From Planctomycetota bacterium (lineage in GTDB: Bacteria > Planctomycetota > B15-G4), in assembly GCA_029259725.1 (NCBI GenBank), contig JAJDER010000013.1, forward strand, positions 8,623-72,622: a DNA stretch of 64,000 nucleotides, given 5' to 3'. The notes under the pieces were generated by a model. The model worked only from the letters and a program-made list of their open reading frames with translations, was not told where the DNA came from and did not search any database. A program made the position numbers and the translations under genes. How positions within the stretch are numbered: the first letter of the stretch is position 1; every line of letters starts with the position of its first letter. Positions 45,291 through 54,938 of this stretch are shown one piece after another.

Positions 45291-47165
45291 TCAGGGTGCC
45301 GTGATCTGCAGCGTGTTGCTGAGCCACACACCCTGCGGCGCGAGCGCGTCGGCCACCGCCGACTGCATGAACAGCTCGAAGCCGGCGGGGATGCCCGCGG
45401 GCCACAGGTACGGCAGGTCGATCGAACCTTCGGCGTTGGTGAACAGACCGACCTGGAGCAGCACCGGCACGGGCGCGAGCTCGCCGCCCTTGAACGGCAC
45501 CGGGTCGTACGTCAGGCCGATGAACAGGACGGCCGTGCTCAGTGGCGGCGAGTCGCGCAGCATGAGCAAAGCCGGCGCGGTGGGCAGGACCAGCGGCCCG
45601 CCGCCCGACAAGGGCTCCTTGATCAGCGTGACGTGGCCGACGTAGTTGCCCTTGTTCTTGTCGCCCTTGTTCGTGTACGGTGTGGGTTCGTCGGTCGTGG
45701 CCGTGATGAACATCTCCGGGATGCCTTCGCAGGTGAAGGTCAGGCCCGGGCGGTCGCTCACCTGCGCCGAGTCGAGCGCCGGTGCCAGCAGACGCAGCTC
45801 ATCGATGGTGTGGGCCGTGGGACCGACGGTGAACGTCGTGGGCTGCGAGAACTGCACCGCGATGCCGGTGCTGCCCGGATCGGAGTGTCCGCCTCCGGTC
45901 GTGCGGTATTCCCAGCAGTGCGAGACGTCGAAGAACGAGTCGATGCCGTACGGGCCACCGAAGCTCGGATCGCCGGTGACCACGACGCTGCCGGCCACGC
46001 AGCCTTCGTAGTACCAGATCGTGCCGAGCATCTTGGGATCGCAGCCGAAGTCGATCGAGGCCGGCAGGCCCGGCCCGTTGTCCGTGGCCGTGATCGTGGC
46101 GAAGTCCTCGTGCAGCTCGCCGCCGACGATCGCCTGGCCGCTCACGGTGAGCGTGGGGGGCGCGCCCGCGCCGCCGCCTCCGCTGCCGGGCGGATCCACG
46201 GCGACCGAGCCGCTTTGGATGTGTGTGCCGTGGTCACCGCCGAGATCGACCGAGAAGCCGTCGCAGCCGGACGAGCCCAGGTTGCTGATCTTGAGCTTGC
46301 CGCCCTGCTTCTCGACCCGCGCGTCGTCGGTGCCGGTCACGCTGGCACCGAGCGCCATCTGACCGAGGTGCACGATCGACACGTCGCCGGTGTCGCCGAA
46401 CATGAGCTCCATGCGGGTCACGACCACGTCGCCGGTCGCGCCGACGGGAAGCAGCTCGATCAGGTCGCAGGCGGGGATCGGATCGGGGCCGCCGCCCGGC
46501 CCGCTGATGCCGACGATCTCGAAGACCGGGAAGAATCCCAGGCAGCAGTACACCGGCTCGTCGGTGTCGATGCCTTCGACGTAGTAGATGTACTTGGGGC
46601 CGAAGGGCAGGATGATGTCGTCGTCGTCCGGGTCGAGCACGGCCGGGTAGAGGTACGGCGTGGCCGCGTCGAAGGCGCGGAAGGTGTAGCCGGTCGCCCC
46701 GATCGGTGAGTAGTCCGCGCTGACCAGGGCCACCGCGCCGTGGACCGGGTCGAAGGCCTGCTCGACGGAGAGGGTGCCGAGCAGCTGGGACACGCCACCG
46801 TCCACCGTGCCGTAGACCTTGCCGGTCATGGTCGCGCCCGGTGCACCGAGCGGGAACGCTTCCTCGAGTTCCAGCTCGACACCGTCGGTGCCTTCGCCGA
46901 GATCGATGCTGAACCCGTCGCATCCGGACGAGCCGAGGTTGCTGATGATCAGCTTGTTCTTGCCTTCGGGCGTGAGCCCCTCGGTGAGCACGGCGTTGTC
47001 GATCGACGCCGCGTCGATGCCGAAGATGCGCACGGGCGGCGGCGGCGTGCCGTCGGCCTGGGCTGCGGTGGGCGCGCCGAGGGCGCAGGTCAGGGCTGCA
47101 GCGAGGCCACAGGCCGCGAACGTGTGGTGCCGGCGTGGGGCCGGGTCGGAACGGTGGATCCGCAT
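45291..47165 (-). CDS. Secreted Cys-containing orphan protein (624 aa) with an internal duplicated motif and shared C-terminal module
   Basis: ATG 47165 (GGAGGA upstream). The signal region is RRHHTFAACGLAAALTCALGAPTAAQA. Duplicated K(L)xISNLGSSGCDGFS[IV]DLG. C-terminal VPFKGGELAPVPV..WPAGIPAGFELFMQ..SNTLQITAP. Confidence 0.65.
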   Translation of the reverse strand: MRIHRSDPAPRRHHTFAACGLAAALTCALGAPTAAQADGTPPPPVRIFGIDAASIDNAVLTEGLTPEGKNKLIISNLGSSGCDGFSIDLGEGTDGVELELEEAFPLGAPGATMTGKVYGTVDGGVSQLLGTLSVEQAFDPVHGAVALVSADYSPIGATGYTFRAFDAATPYLYPAVLDPDDDDIILPFGPKYIYYVEGIDTDEPVYCCLGFFPVFEIVGISGPGGGPDPIPACDLIELLPVGATGDVVVTRMELMFGDTGDVSIVHLGQMALGASVTGTDDARVEKQGGKLKISNLGSSGCDGFSVDLGGDHGTHIQSGSVAVDPPGSGGGGAGAPPTLTVSGQAIVGGELHEDFATITATDNGPGLPASIDFGCDPKMLGTIWYYEGCVAGSVVVTGDPSFGGPYGIDSFFDVSHCWEYRTTGGGHSDPGSTGIAVQFSQPTTFTVGPTAHTIDELRLLAPALDSAQVSDRPGLTFTCEGIPEMFITATTDEPTPYTNKGDKNKGNYVGHVTLIKEPLSGGGPLVLPTAPALLMLRDSPPLSTAVLFIGLTYDPVPFKGGELAPVPVLLQVGLFTNAEGSIDLPYLWPAGIPAGFELFMQSAVADALAPQGVWLSNTLQITAP

Positions 47166-47401
47166 CTCTCTTCCTCCAGGCGGGGCGGTGGGCCCCGCGG
47201 GTCTCGTGGTGGACACGGGTTCGCAGCCCGGTCGGCACCGTGGACACCGGGAGGAAGAAAAGGGAGCGCCGGAGTGGGCGCCGGAACGGCCACGACCCGC
47301 GAGCGCCGGAGCGATCGCGGGTCGGGGAGGGGGCGGCGGGGGGGGGCTCCGCCCGAGGCGGATGCGGGGGCGCGGTGCCGGTCAGCCGGCGGCGCGGGCG
47401 C

Positions 47402-49630
47402 TCACTTCACCTTGAAGACCAGCTTGTAGCGCCCGCCGTTCGCATCGACGTTCGAGAGGCTCAGCGTGTACACGTCGGCCACGGCCACCTCGATCTTGGT
47501 CTGGCTGGCCAGCGTACCCTTGGCGTTCACCTTCTTGTCCTTGCCGTAGACGAAGTCGTCCAGGTCGTCGTCGAAGGCGAAGTCCACCTGGGTGGCGTCC
47601 TGCTTGTCGCCCTTGATCGAGACGCTGAGCTGCTGGCCGGCGGCGAGCTCGAACTCGATCTGGTGTTCGTCCAGGCTGCCCAGGAACTCGGAGTTGAAGG
47701 CCAGGGCCAGCTTCTCGCCCTCGAGCACCGTGAAGCGATGGTTGCCGGTCTCGGGCGCGCCCTTGAGTCCGTGGGCCATGGCGGCGCCGAGCAGCTTGCC
47801 CGCGTTCTTGGTGTTCTTCTTCAGGTTGCCCGGCGCGGTCAGGATGCCGGCCAGGATCGAGTCGACGCAGGCGGAGTAGAAGGCCTCGTAGGCGGCCTGG
47901 ATGTTGCCCGCGTTGAGGACCGGGAAGCCGACCTCGGCGCTGCTCTGCGGCCAGTCGAGCATGTCGACCAGGAAGAGCGGGTCGGTGAACTTGTTCTTCA
48001 GCGCCGTGCGCGAGCGCCAGGTGAACGCGCCGAAGATCTCGCCGGCGTCGTGCTCCTCGGGCCACCCGGGCAGGAAGCCGGGCGTGTCGAACAGGTTGTC
48101 CTGCAGGGTGACCGCGGATTCGAGGTCGCGCAGGGCCTCGTCGAAGAGGGCGATGTCCGGGCCCGAATGGAACGCGAACACCTCGCCCACGAGCGGGTCG
48201 CGCAGCAGCGTGGACGCGCCGTAGTCCGCCAGGGCCTCGTTGACCGCGCGCTCGGGCGAGTCGAGGTCGCCGGCGCCGAACACGCCGCCCGCGCCATGCA
48301 CCAGCGCGTGGGTGTACTCGTGGATCACGACGCTCGGGTCGCGGGACAGGTCGTCCATGACGTCGAACGAGATCTCGGTGAACTCGCCGAACAGCAGGTA
48401 GCCGGGCGGGAACCCCGTGTCGCCCTCGTCGGCATCGACGCTGGTGAAGAAGGCGTTCACGTAGCCGTCGCCCGCGTCGTCGAAGTTCACGAACACCGGC
48501 ATCGAGTAGTCGATCGGGCTGCTGCCGTAGACCTTGCCCATGTACCGGCCGGCGGCCTGCACCCAGTAGTAGGTGTTGGTGTGGTCGAACAGGTTGTAGA
48601 CCTCGATGAGGCCGGTGGTCGTCGGGTCGTCGTCGCCGTACTCGAACACGTAGTCCGGTGCGAAGGCGACCGGGATCGGGCCGCCGTCGGGCGCGTCGAC
48701 GACCTGGCCCCAGCGACCGTTGAGCATGCCGTCGATGGCGATGCCGGGGACGATGTCGCTCTTGCCCAGGTCCTTGAACGAGGTCAGGCCGTCCTTCGCG
48801 GCGAGCGCAGCCGCGGGGTTCTTGTAGGCGCTGCCCTTGCCCGTGCCGGTCTTGAACTCGTGCTCGAGCGGCAGCGGCCCGGCGCCGTCCTCGTCGTAGA
48901 GGAAGGTGCCGCTGCCGTGGGTCACGTTCTCGAAGACGCGCACGACCGAGCCGTCGGCGGCGTCGACCTCGACGCTGATCGGGACCATGCTCCCGGCGGG
49001 AATGGCGTCGATGCGGTAGAGCAGGCGCGGGCTGCCGTCCACCAGGCGGCCGACGCGGTTCAGGACCGGGTCGGTGCGGAACTCGGTCAGGCCCAGGGCG
49101 CCGAGGCCCGCGAGGGCGGCGGTCCGGCCGGCGCCCTCGTCGAGCACGGGCGGGGGCAGGCGCGCGGCGTCGTCGGAGACGAAACCGCGGGCCGAGAGGA
49201 TGTCGCCTTGCTCGTCGTAACGCAGGGTCATGCCGTGACCCTCGAACTCGAAGCCGTGCACGCGCTGGCCCATGCGCGCGTGGCGCGTGCTGCCATCAGC
49301 ACGGCGGCTGAGGTCCCGCGCATCGTCCAACTCGACGTCGCGAGTCACGCCGAACGCCTCACCGAAGGCATCCAGGAAGGCGCGGCTGCGCGCGCGCGCA
49401 TCGTCACCGGGCATGCGCACACGACCGCGCATGGAGCGCGCGAGCTCCTCGCCGTCACCCTGCTGCACGATCAGACCCGCGGCCTTGGCTCGAGCGACGG
49501 CCTGACGCGAGCGCTCGAAGCGGTCGTCGTCCGGCGCTCCGACGGGGCCTCCTCCGGCACGGCCGGTCTGGGCAGCGGGGGAGGCGGACAAGAGGACCAG
49601 GGTGGCGACGACGAGGCACAGGCGCGGCAT
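47402..49630 (-). CDS. Secreted thermolysin-like (M4/M36-type gluzincin) metalloprotease with FTP/PepSY-like propeptide and C-terminal PPC-like beta domain
   Basis: ATG 49630. Signal peptide MPRLCLVVATLVLLSASPAA|Q. The zinc site is VIHEYTHALVHG with the downstream third ligand NEALADYG. C-terminal ~110 aa Lys-rich beta domain (..YTLSLSNVDANGGRYKLVFKVK). Confidence 0.8.
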   Translation of the reverse strand: MPRLCLVVATLVLLSASPAAQTGRAGGGPVGAPDDDRFERSRQAVARAKAAGLIVQQGDGEELARSMRGRVRMPGDDARARSRAFLDAFGEAFGVTRDVELDDARDLSRRADGSTRHARMGQRVHGFEFEGHGMTLRYDEQGDILSARGFVSDDAARLPPPVLDEGAGRTAALAGLGALGLTEFRTDPVLNRVGRLVDGSPRLLYRIDAIPAGSMVPISVEVDAADGSVVRVFENVTHGSGTFLYDEDGAGPLPLEHEFKTGTGKGSAYKNPAAALAAKDGLTSFKDLGKSDIVPGIAIDGMLNGRWGQVVDAPDGGPIPVAFAPDYVFEYGDDDPTTTGLIEVYNLFDHTNTYYWVQAAGRYMGKVYGSSPIDYSMPVFVNFDDAGDGYVNAFFTSVDADEGDTGFPPGYLLFGEFTEISFDVMDDLSRDPSVVIHEYTHALVHGAGGVFGAGDLDSPERAVNEALADYGASTLLRDPLVGEVFAFHSGPDIALFDEALRDLESAVTLQDNLFDTPGFLPGWPEEHDAGEIFGAFTWRSRTALKNKFTDPLFLVDMLDWPQSSAEVGFPVLNAGNIQAAYEAFYSACVDSILAGILTAPGNLKKNTKNAGKLLGAAMAHGLKGAPETGNHRFTVLEGEKLALAFNSEFLGSLDEHQIEFELAAGQQLSVSIKGDKQDATQVDFAFDDDLDDFVYGKDKKVNAKGTLASQTKIEVAVADVYTLSLSNVDANGGRYKLVFKVK

Positions 49631-49783
49631 GGGGAGACGCTCCGGGGACGGGGCAGGCGGCAAGGCCAGCGGCCCTTGCACCCGAAGTCGCCTATCGACA
49701 CACCACCGGGGTGGGTTGAGCCTCGGATCCGGCGCGCCGTGCAGGCCCGGACCGGTGGCGTGGAACCCGCGTTTCCACCTCGG

Positions 49784-50380
49784 TCAGCTGTCCTCGTAGG
49801 ACTTGGCCAGCTCGGCGATGCGCTTCGTGATGCGGTGCTTCACGTTGTAGACCTTGCCTCGAGCGACGCCGAACTCCTCGGCCACCTCTTCGCCGGACCG
49901 ATCGCCGAAGGCCATGGCGGAGAAGATCGCGAACTGCTCCTCGTCCACTTCCGCCTGGACCCGCTTCAGGCAGCGCTCGAAGACGGCGCGGCGCCACTCC
50001 TGTTCCCACCACTGCTCGAGTTCGTCGTCGCTCACCGCGAGCTGCTCGAACAGCGACGCGGCGGTCTCCATCCCCGCCGGCGAGCGCTCACCGCGCTTCA
50101 GGATGCGACGGCGCGCGTTGAGGATCTGGCGATTGGCGATGCCGAAGAGCCAGCTCTTCATGCGGCCCTTGCTCGGGTCGTAGCGTCCTTGCCGGAAGGC
50201 CTGCGCGAAGGCGATCAACGTCTCCTGCGCGGCGTCGTCGGCGTCCGCGGCGTTCAGTCCCCGGCGGCGTCCGAAGCGCACGATCGGCTCCCGGTAGTGC
50301 TCGGCGAGCAGTTCCCAGGCGGTGTTCTCGGCGAAGTCGTGCAGCTTCTCGAGAACGGTGGAGGTGGTGACCCACTCCAT
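49784..50380 (-). CDS. ECF-like sigma-70 family factor
   Basis: ATG 50380 (GAGGAAGGA upstream). 198 aa. Region 2 DADDAAQETLIAFAQAFRQGRYDPSKGRMKSWLFGIANRQILNARR. Region 4 FGDRSGEEVAEEFGVARGKVYNVKHRITKRI. Confidence 0.8.
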   Translation of the reverse strand: MEWVTTSTVLEKLHDFAENTAWELLAEHYREPIVRFGRRRGLNAADADDAAQETLIAFAQAFRQGRYDPSKGRMKSWLFGIANRQILNARRRILKRGERSPAGMETAASLFEQLAVSDDELEQWWEQEWRRAVFERCLKRVQAEVDEEQFAIFSAMAFGDRSGEEVAEEFGVARGKVYNVKHRITKRIAELAKSYEDS

Positions 50381-50502
50381 GTCGGCTTCCTTCCTCGGCA
50401 ACCCTTCGGGGCGGCCCACTGTACAGAAGACAAGCCGGCCCGCCACGGTGTGCGCGTGGCGGGCCGGCTGGGGTTGTCCGTGTGCGTCTCGGAGCGGGCG
50501 GC

Positions 50503-51057
50503 TCAGTACGCGCCGGCCGAGGTGGAGGCGGTGGTGTTGTTGGCCAGAGAGAAGCGCTGGAGCGACACCTCGATGTCGGCCAGGCTCCCGATGATGGCGA
50601 CACTCACGGCGGTGAGCGTGTTCTGCTTCTTCGAGCCCGGCAGCTCCTGCAGCTTGACGGCGCGCTTGACCATCACGTCGGGGCTCGCCGTGAAGTTGCC
50701 CGGGCCCATGCCCAGGGCGGTGTCGAGGATCGTGATGCTGGCGTTGCCCTGGCCGTTGTCGTTGCCGCCGCCGCTGATGGTACCGACCACCGCGGACAGG
50801 CCGCCGGCGCTGAACGTCACGGCGCCGGACTTGAGGTCGGCCTTCACCTTGCCCTTGCTCGTGGTCACGGTGACTTCTCCCTCGCCCCACTTGACGTCAC
50901 GGCCGTAGGGCATGACGTAGGGACGCAGGACGTCGACGATGATGATGGGGTCGGGGGAACCACCCTGGGTGGCACTGGAACCCGACATGTTCTGGGCGTC
51001 GGCGGAAGCGGCGAACAGGCTGGCGATCACGATCGTGCTGGCGATGGTCTTGAACAT
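50503..51057 (-). CDS. Small secreted Gly/Ser/Thr/Lys-rich protein (184 aa), unknown function; first gene of the sigma-protease cluster
   Basis: ATG 51057 (GGGGAG upstream). Signal peptide MFKTIASTIVIASLFAASADA|Q. Its codon usage is visibly less GC-biased than that of its neighbours. No family recognised. Confidence 0.55.
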   Translation of the reverse strand: MFKTIASTIVIASLFAASADAQNMSGSSATQGGSPDPIIIVDVLRPYVMPYGRDVKWGEGEVTVTTSKGKVKADLKSGAVTFSAGGLSAVVGTISGGGNDNGQGNASITILDTALGMGPGNFTASPDVMVKRAVKLQELPGSKKQNTLTAVSVAIIGSLADIEVSLQRFSLANNTTASTSAGAY

Positions 51058-51190
51058 GGGTCTACTCCCCTTTGTGGTGTACCTGGTTCTTGTTAGGGCC
51101 ACTGCGGCCCGAGTGGTTCTTGCGAGCGCCGTTCAAGTGCGTCTCGGACGTGCGCTCCGAGTGTGTTTGGCACGACGTCGCCGCGGTCTC

Positions 51191-51218
51191 TGACCCGAAC
51201 TGAAAAGACTTCGTTCCC
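51191..51218 (-). promoter_or_regulatory. Candidate ECF-type promoter (GGAAC-N17-GGTC) ~135 nt upstream of 50503-51057
   Basis: The minus strand reads tcGGGAACgaagtcttttcagttcgGGTCAgag. This is a local AT-richer patch in a GC-rich spacer. Pattern resemblance only. Confidence 0.2.
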
Positions 51219-51813
51219 GACCTGCGCTGCGCGCTTCACCCCGCGTGCGGCTTCGCCGTCTCGTCTTCTCCCTTAAGGGGCGAAGGCCAACGGGCCGCAG
51301 CAAGAGACGGGCGGGTCACATCCAGGTCACCCAGGCCGTCGCCTGGTCCCAGGACGGCGCGCTGCACGGCGGTGCGTCGGCAGTGCGCGCGTGGCGTGCC
51401 ATGCCTACAGGCGTTGCACGGTGCGGCACGTGCGTGGCACGGCACGGCGCGGCACGTGCGCGAGGGGGCCGCGAGGCGCGTGAGAAAAGAGGGAGGGCGG
51501 CCGAGGGCTCTCCAGCCTCGACCGCCCTCGGTGGGCGGGCCCGTGGGGGGGCGTCCGTCGTCTCTCTCTCTCTTCCCTTCTTCCCCGCGGTCGCCGAACG
51601 GAGGGGCGCCTCCGTCGGATGCTCCGGCGACCGCAGTCCTCGCTGCGCTCACCCCCGAGCGAGCGTTGGTCAGCGTGGACACAGGTGATTGGCCCCACGG
51701 AGGTGGATCTCTGCGAAGACCTGGAAACAATTCCGCGGCGCGGTGCGCACAGGCCTACCCTCGGCGCGCGAGGGCGGGTGGGCCCCGTCGGGCGGAAACG
51801 CGCGGAGGTCGGC

Positions 51814-52923
51814 TCAGCGAGCTCCGAGAGCCTCGCGCAGGACGGCCAGGGTCCGGCGAGCCACCTGCTCCCAGCCGTACTCGGCCCGGACCCGTTCGGG
51901 ACCCCTTCTCCGCAGGGCTTCGAGGCGGTGGGTGTCTCCGACCAGGCGCGCCAGGGTCGCGGCGAAGTCGTCGAGGTCCTCGGGATCGAAGAAGTCGGCT
52001 GCGTCTCCACCGGTTTCGGGCAGGGCGCCGCGGTTGCTGCTGAGCACGGGCGCGCCGCATCCCTGGGCCTCGAGCACGGGCAGGCCGAAGCCCTCGTGGA
52101 ACGAGGCGCACACATACAGGCCCGCGCCGGTGAGGAGCGCGGGGTAGAGCTCGTCATCGACCCAGCCGGGAAGCAGCACGCGCTCGGCGGGCAGGCCCAA
52201 CTCGTCGGCGCGGGCGGCGAGGCGTGCGGCGTCGTCGTCGCGCGGGCCGCCGAGGACCAGGACCCACTCCTCGGGAAGCGCCGCGCGCACGAAGGCCTCG
52301 AGCAGCCCGTCCTGGTTCTTGCGCCTGCTGTAGCCCCCGACGTGGAGCACGTAGGGTCGCTCCCCGAGCCCGAGGACCGCGCGTGCCGCCGCGATCTGTT
52401 CGGGGCCGCGCGGCGCGAACCGCGCGACGTCCACGCCCAGGGGCACGACCCGGAGCCGCTCCGCGGGCAGATCGAGGTGTTCTTCCGCGGCCTGTCCGCC
52501 CTGTCGGCTGGAGACGATGATCAGGTCGGCGCGCGCGATGGTCTGCCGGATGCGGGCGCGGCGCGTCCGGCGCCACGCCTCGGTGGACAGCTCGGGGAAC
52601 TCGAAGACGTTGATGTCGTGCAGCGCGAAGGTCTTGGCGAAGCGGCCGCCACGCGGAAGCCGGGTGCCCGTGCCGTGGAAGGCGTCGAGCGGTCCCAGGG
52701 TCCACTCCGGCCGCGCTTCGAACATCACCCGCGCCGAATGCCCCGGGAGGATGTCCTCCACGAGCGAGCGCTTGAAGACCCGACCCGGGCGCAGCGCCAT
52801 GACGATGTCGAGGTCCGGCTCGACGACGGCGCAGGCACGGATCAGCTCCGCGCCGTAGTTGCCGATGCCGCCACGCTGCGGTTTGGCGCAGCTGGTGACG
52901 TCGAAGCCGATCCTCGGTGTCAC
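51814..52923 (-). CDS. Glycosyltransferase family 4 (GT-B, Glycos_transf_1)
   Basis: GTG 52923 overlaps the DUF1844 stop (GTGA). N-terminus VTPRIGFDVTSCAKPQRGGIGNYG. C-terminal signature ASFHEGFGLPVLEAQGCGAPVLSSN. Confidence 0.8.
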   Translation of the reverse strand: MTPRIGFDVTSCAKPQRGGIGNYGAELIRACAVVEPDLDIVMALRPGRVFKRSLVEDILPGHSARVMFEARPEWTLGPLDAFHGTGTRLPRGGRFAKTFALHDINVFEFPELSTEAWRRTRRARIRQTIARADLIIVSSRQGGQAAEEHLDLPAERLRVVPLGVDVARFAPRGPEQIAAARAVLGLGERPYVLHVGGYSRRKNQDGLLEAFVRAALPEEWVLVLGGPRDDDAARLAARADELGLPAERVLLPGWVDDELYPALLTGAGLYVCASFHEGFGLPVLEAQGCGAPVLSSNRGALPETGGDAADFFDPEDLDDFAATLARLVGDTHRLEALRRRGPERVRAEYGWEQVARRTLAVLREALGAR

Positions 52924-53237
52924 GACGACGCGCTGACCACCTTCATGCGCAGGTCCGCGAGAACGCCCGTGACGTAGGTGTCTTCCTCGTCGGTGCGGTT
53001 GCCACGGGTCTTCTGCTCGAGCATCGCGAGGGTGTCGACCAGGAAGCGCGCCGCGCGCAGGTCGAGTTCCTTCTTGCCGGTGATCGGGTTGTCGACGTGT
53101 CCGAGGGACATGGCCACCTGGGAAGCGAGGTGGAACACGTGCGTCTGGAGCGTCGGCGCCGGCATGGGCGGCAGCTGCGCATCGGAGTCGGCGTCCGAAC
53201 TCGGCGTCGGGGCTTCGGCGGGATCGATGTCGGACAC
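52920..53237 (-). CDS. DUF1844-family small acidic protein
   Basis: 105 aa. FHLASQVAMSLGHVDNPITGKKELDLRAARFLVDTLAMLEQKTRGNRTDEE matches the DUF1844 pattern (..LG...NP.tGk...dL..A...ID.L.mL..KT.GN...eE) as I recall it. Confidence 0.65.
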   Translation of the reverse strand: MSDIDPAEAPTPSSDADSDAQLPPMPAPTLQTHVFHLASQVAMSLGHVDNPITGKKELDLRAARFLVDTLAMLEQKTRGNRTDEEDTYVTGVLADLRMKVVSASS

Positions 53238-53294
53238 GTGCGGTTCTCCTGGGGGCGGTGCGCGACGTCGCCGGCGCGCTTCGGTGCCGCCGGT

Positions 53295-54938
53295 CTAGCT
53301 GGCCTGGCCGGCGCGGACCGGCGTCCGTGTCGGGAACGGATCGTCGCCGCCGCCTGAAGCCGCCTTCACGAAGTCGCGGAAGAGCGGGTGCGCCCTGGTC
53401 GGCTTGCTCTTGAACTCGGGGTGGAACTGCACCGCCACGTACCACGGGTGACCCGGGATCTCCACGATCTCGACCAGGTCCTTGTCCAGCGACAGGCCGG
53501 TGAAGGTCATGCCGTGCTGCTCGAACGTGGCGCGGTACTCGTTGTTGAACTCCCACCGGTGACGGTGGCGCTCCTGGATCTGGTCGGTTCCGTACGCGCT
53601 CCGGGCGCGGCCCTCGCGCAGCCTGCAGACCTGGGCGCCGAGGCGCATGGTGCCGCCCTTGTCGGTGACCTTGAGTTGCGCGTCGAGGAGGCTGAGCACG
53701 GGATGCGGCGTGGTCGGATCGACCTCGGTGCTGTTGGCGTCCTCGAGGCCGCACACGTTGCGGGCGAACTCGATCACCGCCATGTGCAGGCCGTAGCAGA
53801 GGCCCAGGTAGGGGATGCCGTGCTCGCGCGCGAACTTCGCGGCGAGCACCTTGCCCTCGATGCCGCGGCCGCCGAAACCGCCCGGCACGCAGATGCCCTG
53901 CACGCCGCCGAGCGTGGCGTCCACGTTGCTCGTGTCGATGTCGTCGCTGGACACCTTGCGCAGCTTGATCTTCACCTCGTTGGCGATGCCCGCGTGCGCG
54001 ATGGCTTCGTAGACCGACTTGTAGGCGTCGTGCAGGTCCATGTACTTGCCGACGACGGCGATCTCCACCTCGCGGGTCGCGCGCACGACGGTGTCGACGA
54101 TGGCCTCCCAGTCGGACAGGTCCGGCTCGGGCATCGACAGGCCGAGGTGTTGACCGATCAGCGCGTGCAGGCCCTGACGCCGCAGCATGAGCGGCACCTC
54201 GTAGATCGAGTGCTCGACGTCACGCTCCTCGATCACGCCCTCGGGGCGCACGTTGCAGAACATCGAGATCTTGCGGCCCATCTCCTCGGTCATCGGTTCC
54301 GTGGTGCGGCAGATGAGCAGGTCGGGCTGGATGCCGATCTCGCGCAGCTTGCCCACCGACTGCTGCGTGGGCTTGGTCTTCAGCTCGCCGCTCGCCGCCA
54401 GGTACACGAGCAGCGTGAGGTGGATGAACAGGCAATCGCCGGCGGGGTGCTGGATGCCGTACTGCCGGATCGCCTCGAGGAACGGCAGTGACTCGATGTC
54501 GCCCACCGTGCCGCCGATCTCGGTGATGACCACGTCCACGTCGGGCGTCGACAGCTTGTCGATGGCCGCCTTGATCTCGTCGGTGACGTGCGGGATGACC
54601 TGCACCGTCTGGCCCAGGTACTCGCCGGCGCGCTCCTTGGCGATGATCGACTGGTAGATCTTCCCGGTCGTGTAGTTGCAGTCCGCGGTGAGCGGCGCGT
54701 CCGTGAAGCGCTCGTAGTGGCCGAGGTCGAGGTCCATCTCGGACCCGTCGTCGAGCACGTACACCTCGCCGTGCTGATACGGGTTCATCGTGCCCGGATC
54801 GACGTTGATGTACGGATCCAGCTTCTGCATGCGCACGGACAGGCCGCTCTTCTCGAGCAGGCAGCCGATGCTGGCGGCCGTGAGGCCCTTGCCCAGAGAG
54901 CTGACCACGCCACCGGTCACGAAGATGTGCTTGGTCAA
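53295..54938 (-). CDS. pyrG: CTP synthase
   Basis: 547 aa, TTG start 54938. [44 protein letters not shown], and the GATase part [16 protein letters not shown] .. HRHRWEFN. Confidence 0.95.
   Translation of the reverse strand: MTKHIFVTGGVVSSLGKGLTAASIGCLLEKSGLSVRMQKLDPYINVDPGTMNPYQHGEVYVLDDGSEMDLDLGHYERFTDAPLTADCNYTTGKIYQSIIAKERAGEYLGQTVQVIPHVTDEIKAAIDKLSTPDVDVVITEIGGTVGDIESLPFLEAIRQYGIQHPAGDCLFIHLTLLVYLAASGELKTKPTQQSVGKLREIGIQPDLLICRTTEPMTEEMGRKISMFCNVRPEGVIEERDVEHSIYEVPLMLRRQGLHALIGQHLGLSMPEPDLSDWEAIVDTVVRATREVEIAVVGKYMDLHDAYKSVYEAIAHAGIANEVKIKLRKVSSDDIDTSNVDATLGGVQGICVPGGFGGRGIEGKVLAAKFAREHGIPYLGLCYGLHMAVIEFARNVCGLEDANSTEVDPTTPHPVLSLLDAQLKVTDKGGTMRLGAQVCRLREGRARSAYGTDQIQERHRHRWEFNNEYRATFEQHGMTFTGLSLDKDLVEIVEIPGHPWYVAVQFHPEFKSKPTRAHPLFRDFVKAASGGGDDPFPTRTPVRAGQAS

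Noticed and set aside
47135-50908. 1257-aa plus-strand ORF
   Set aside because: It is antisense to the M4-like protease, the sigma factor and the small secreted protein, all of which have clear motifs, signal peptides and SD sequences. Its own translation is low-complexity (runs of V/G/A/R/E/D) with no motif.
51236-52043. ORFs 51236-51730 (-), 51245-51688 (+) and 51372-52043 (+) inside the long spacer
   Set aside because: They overlap each other, have Arg/Gly/Pro/Ala-dominated translations, and lack SD sequences and motifs. I treat them as non-coding; see the spacer finding.
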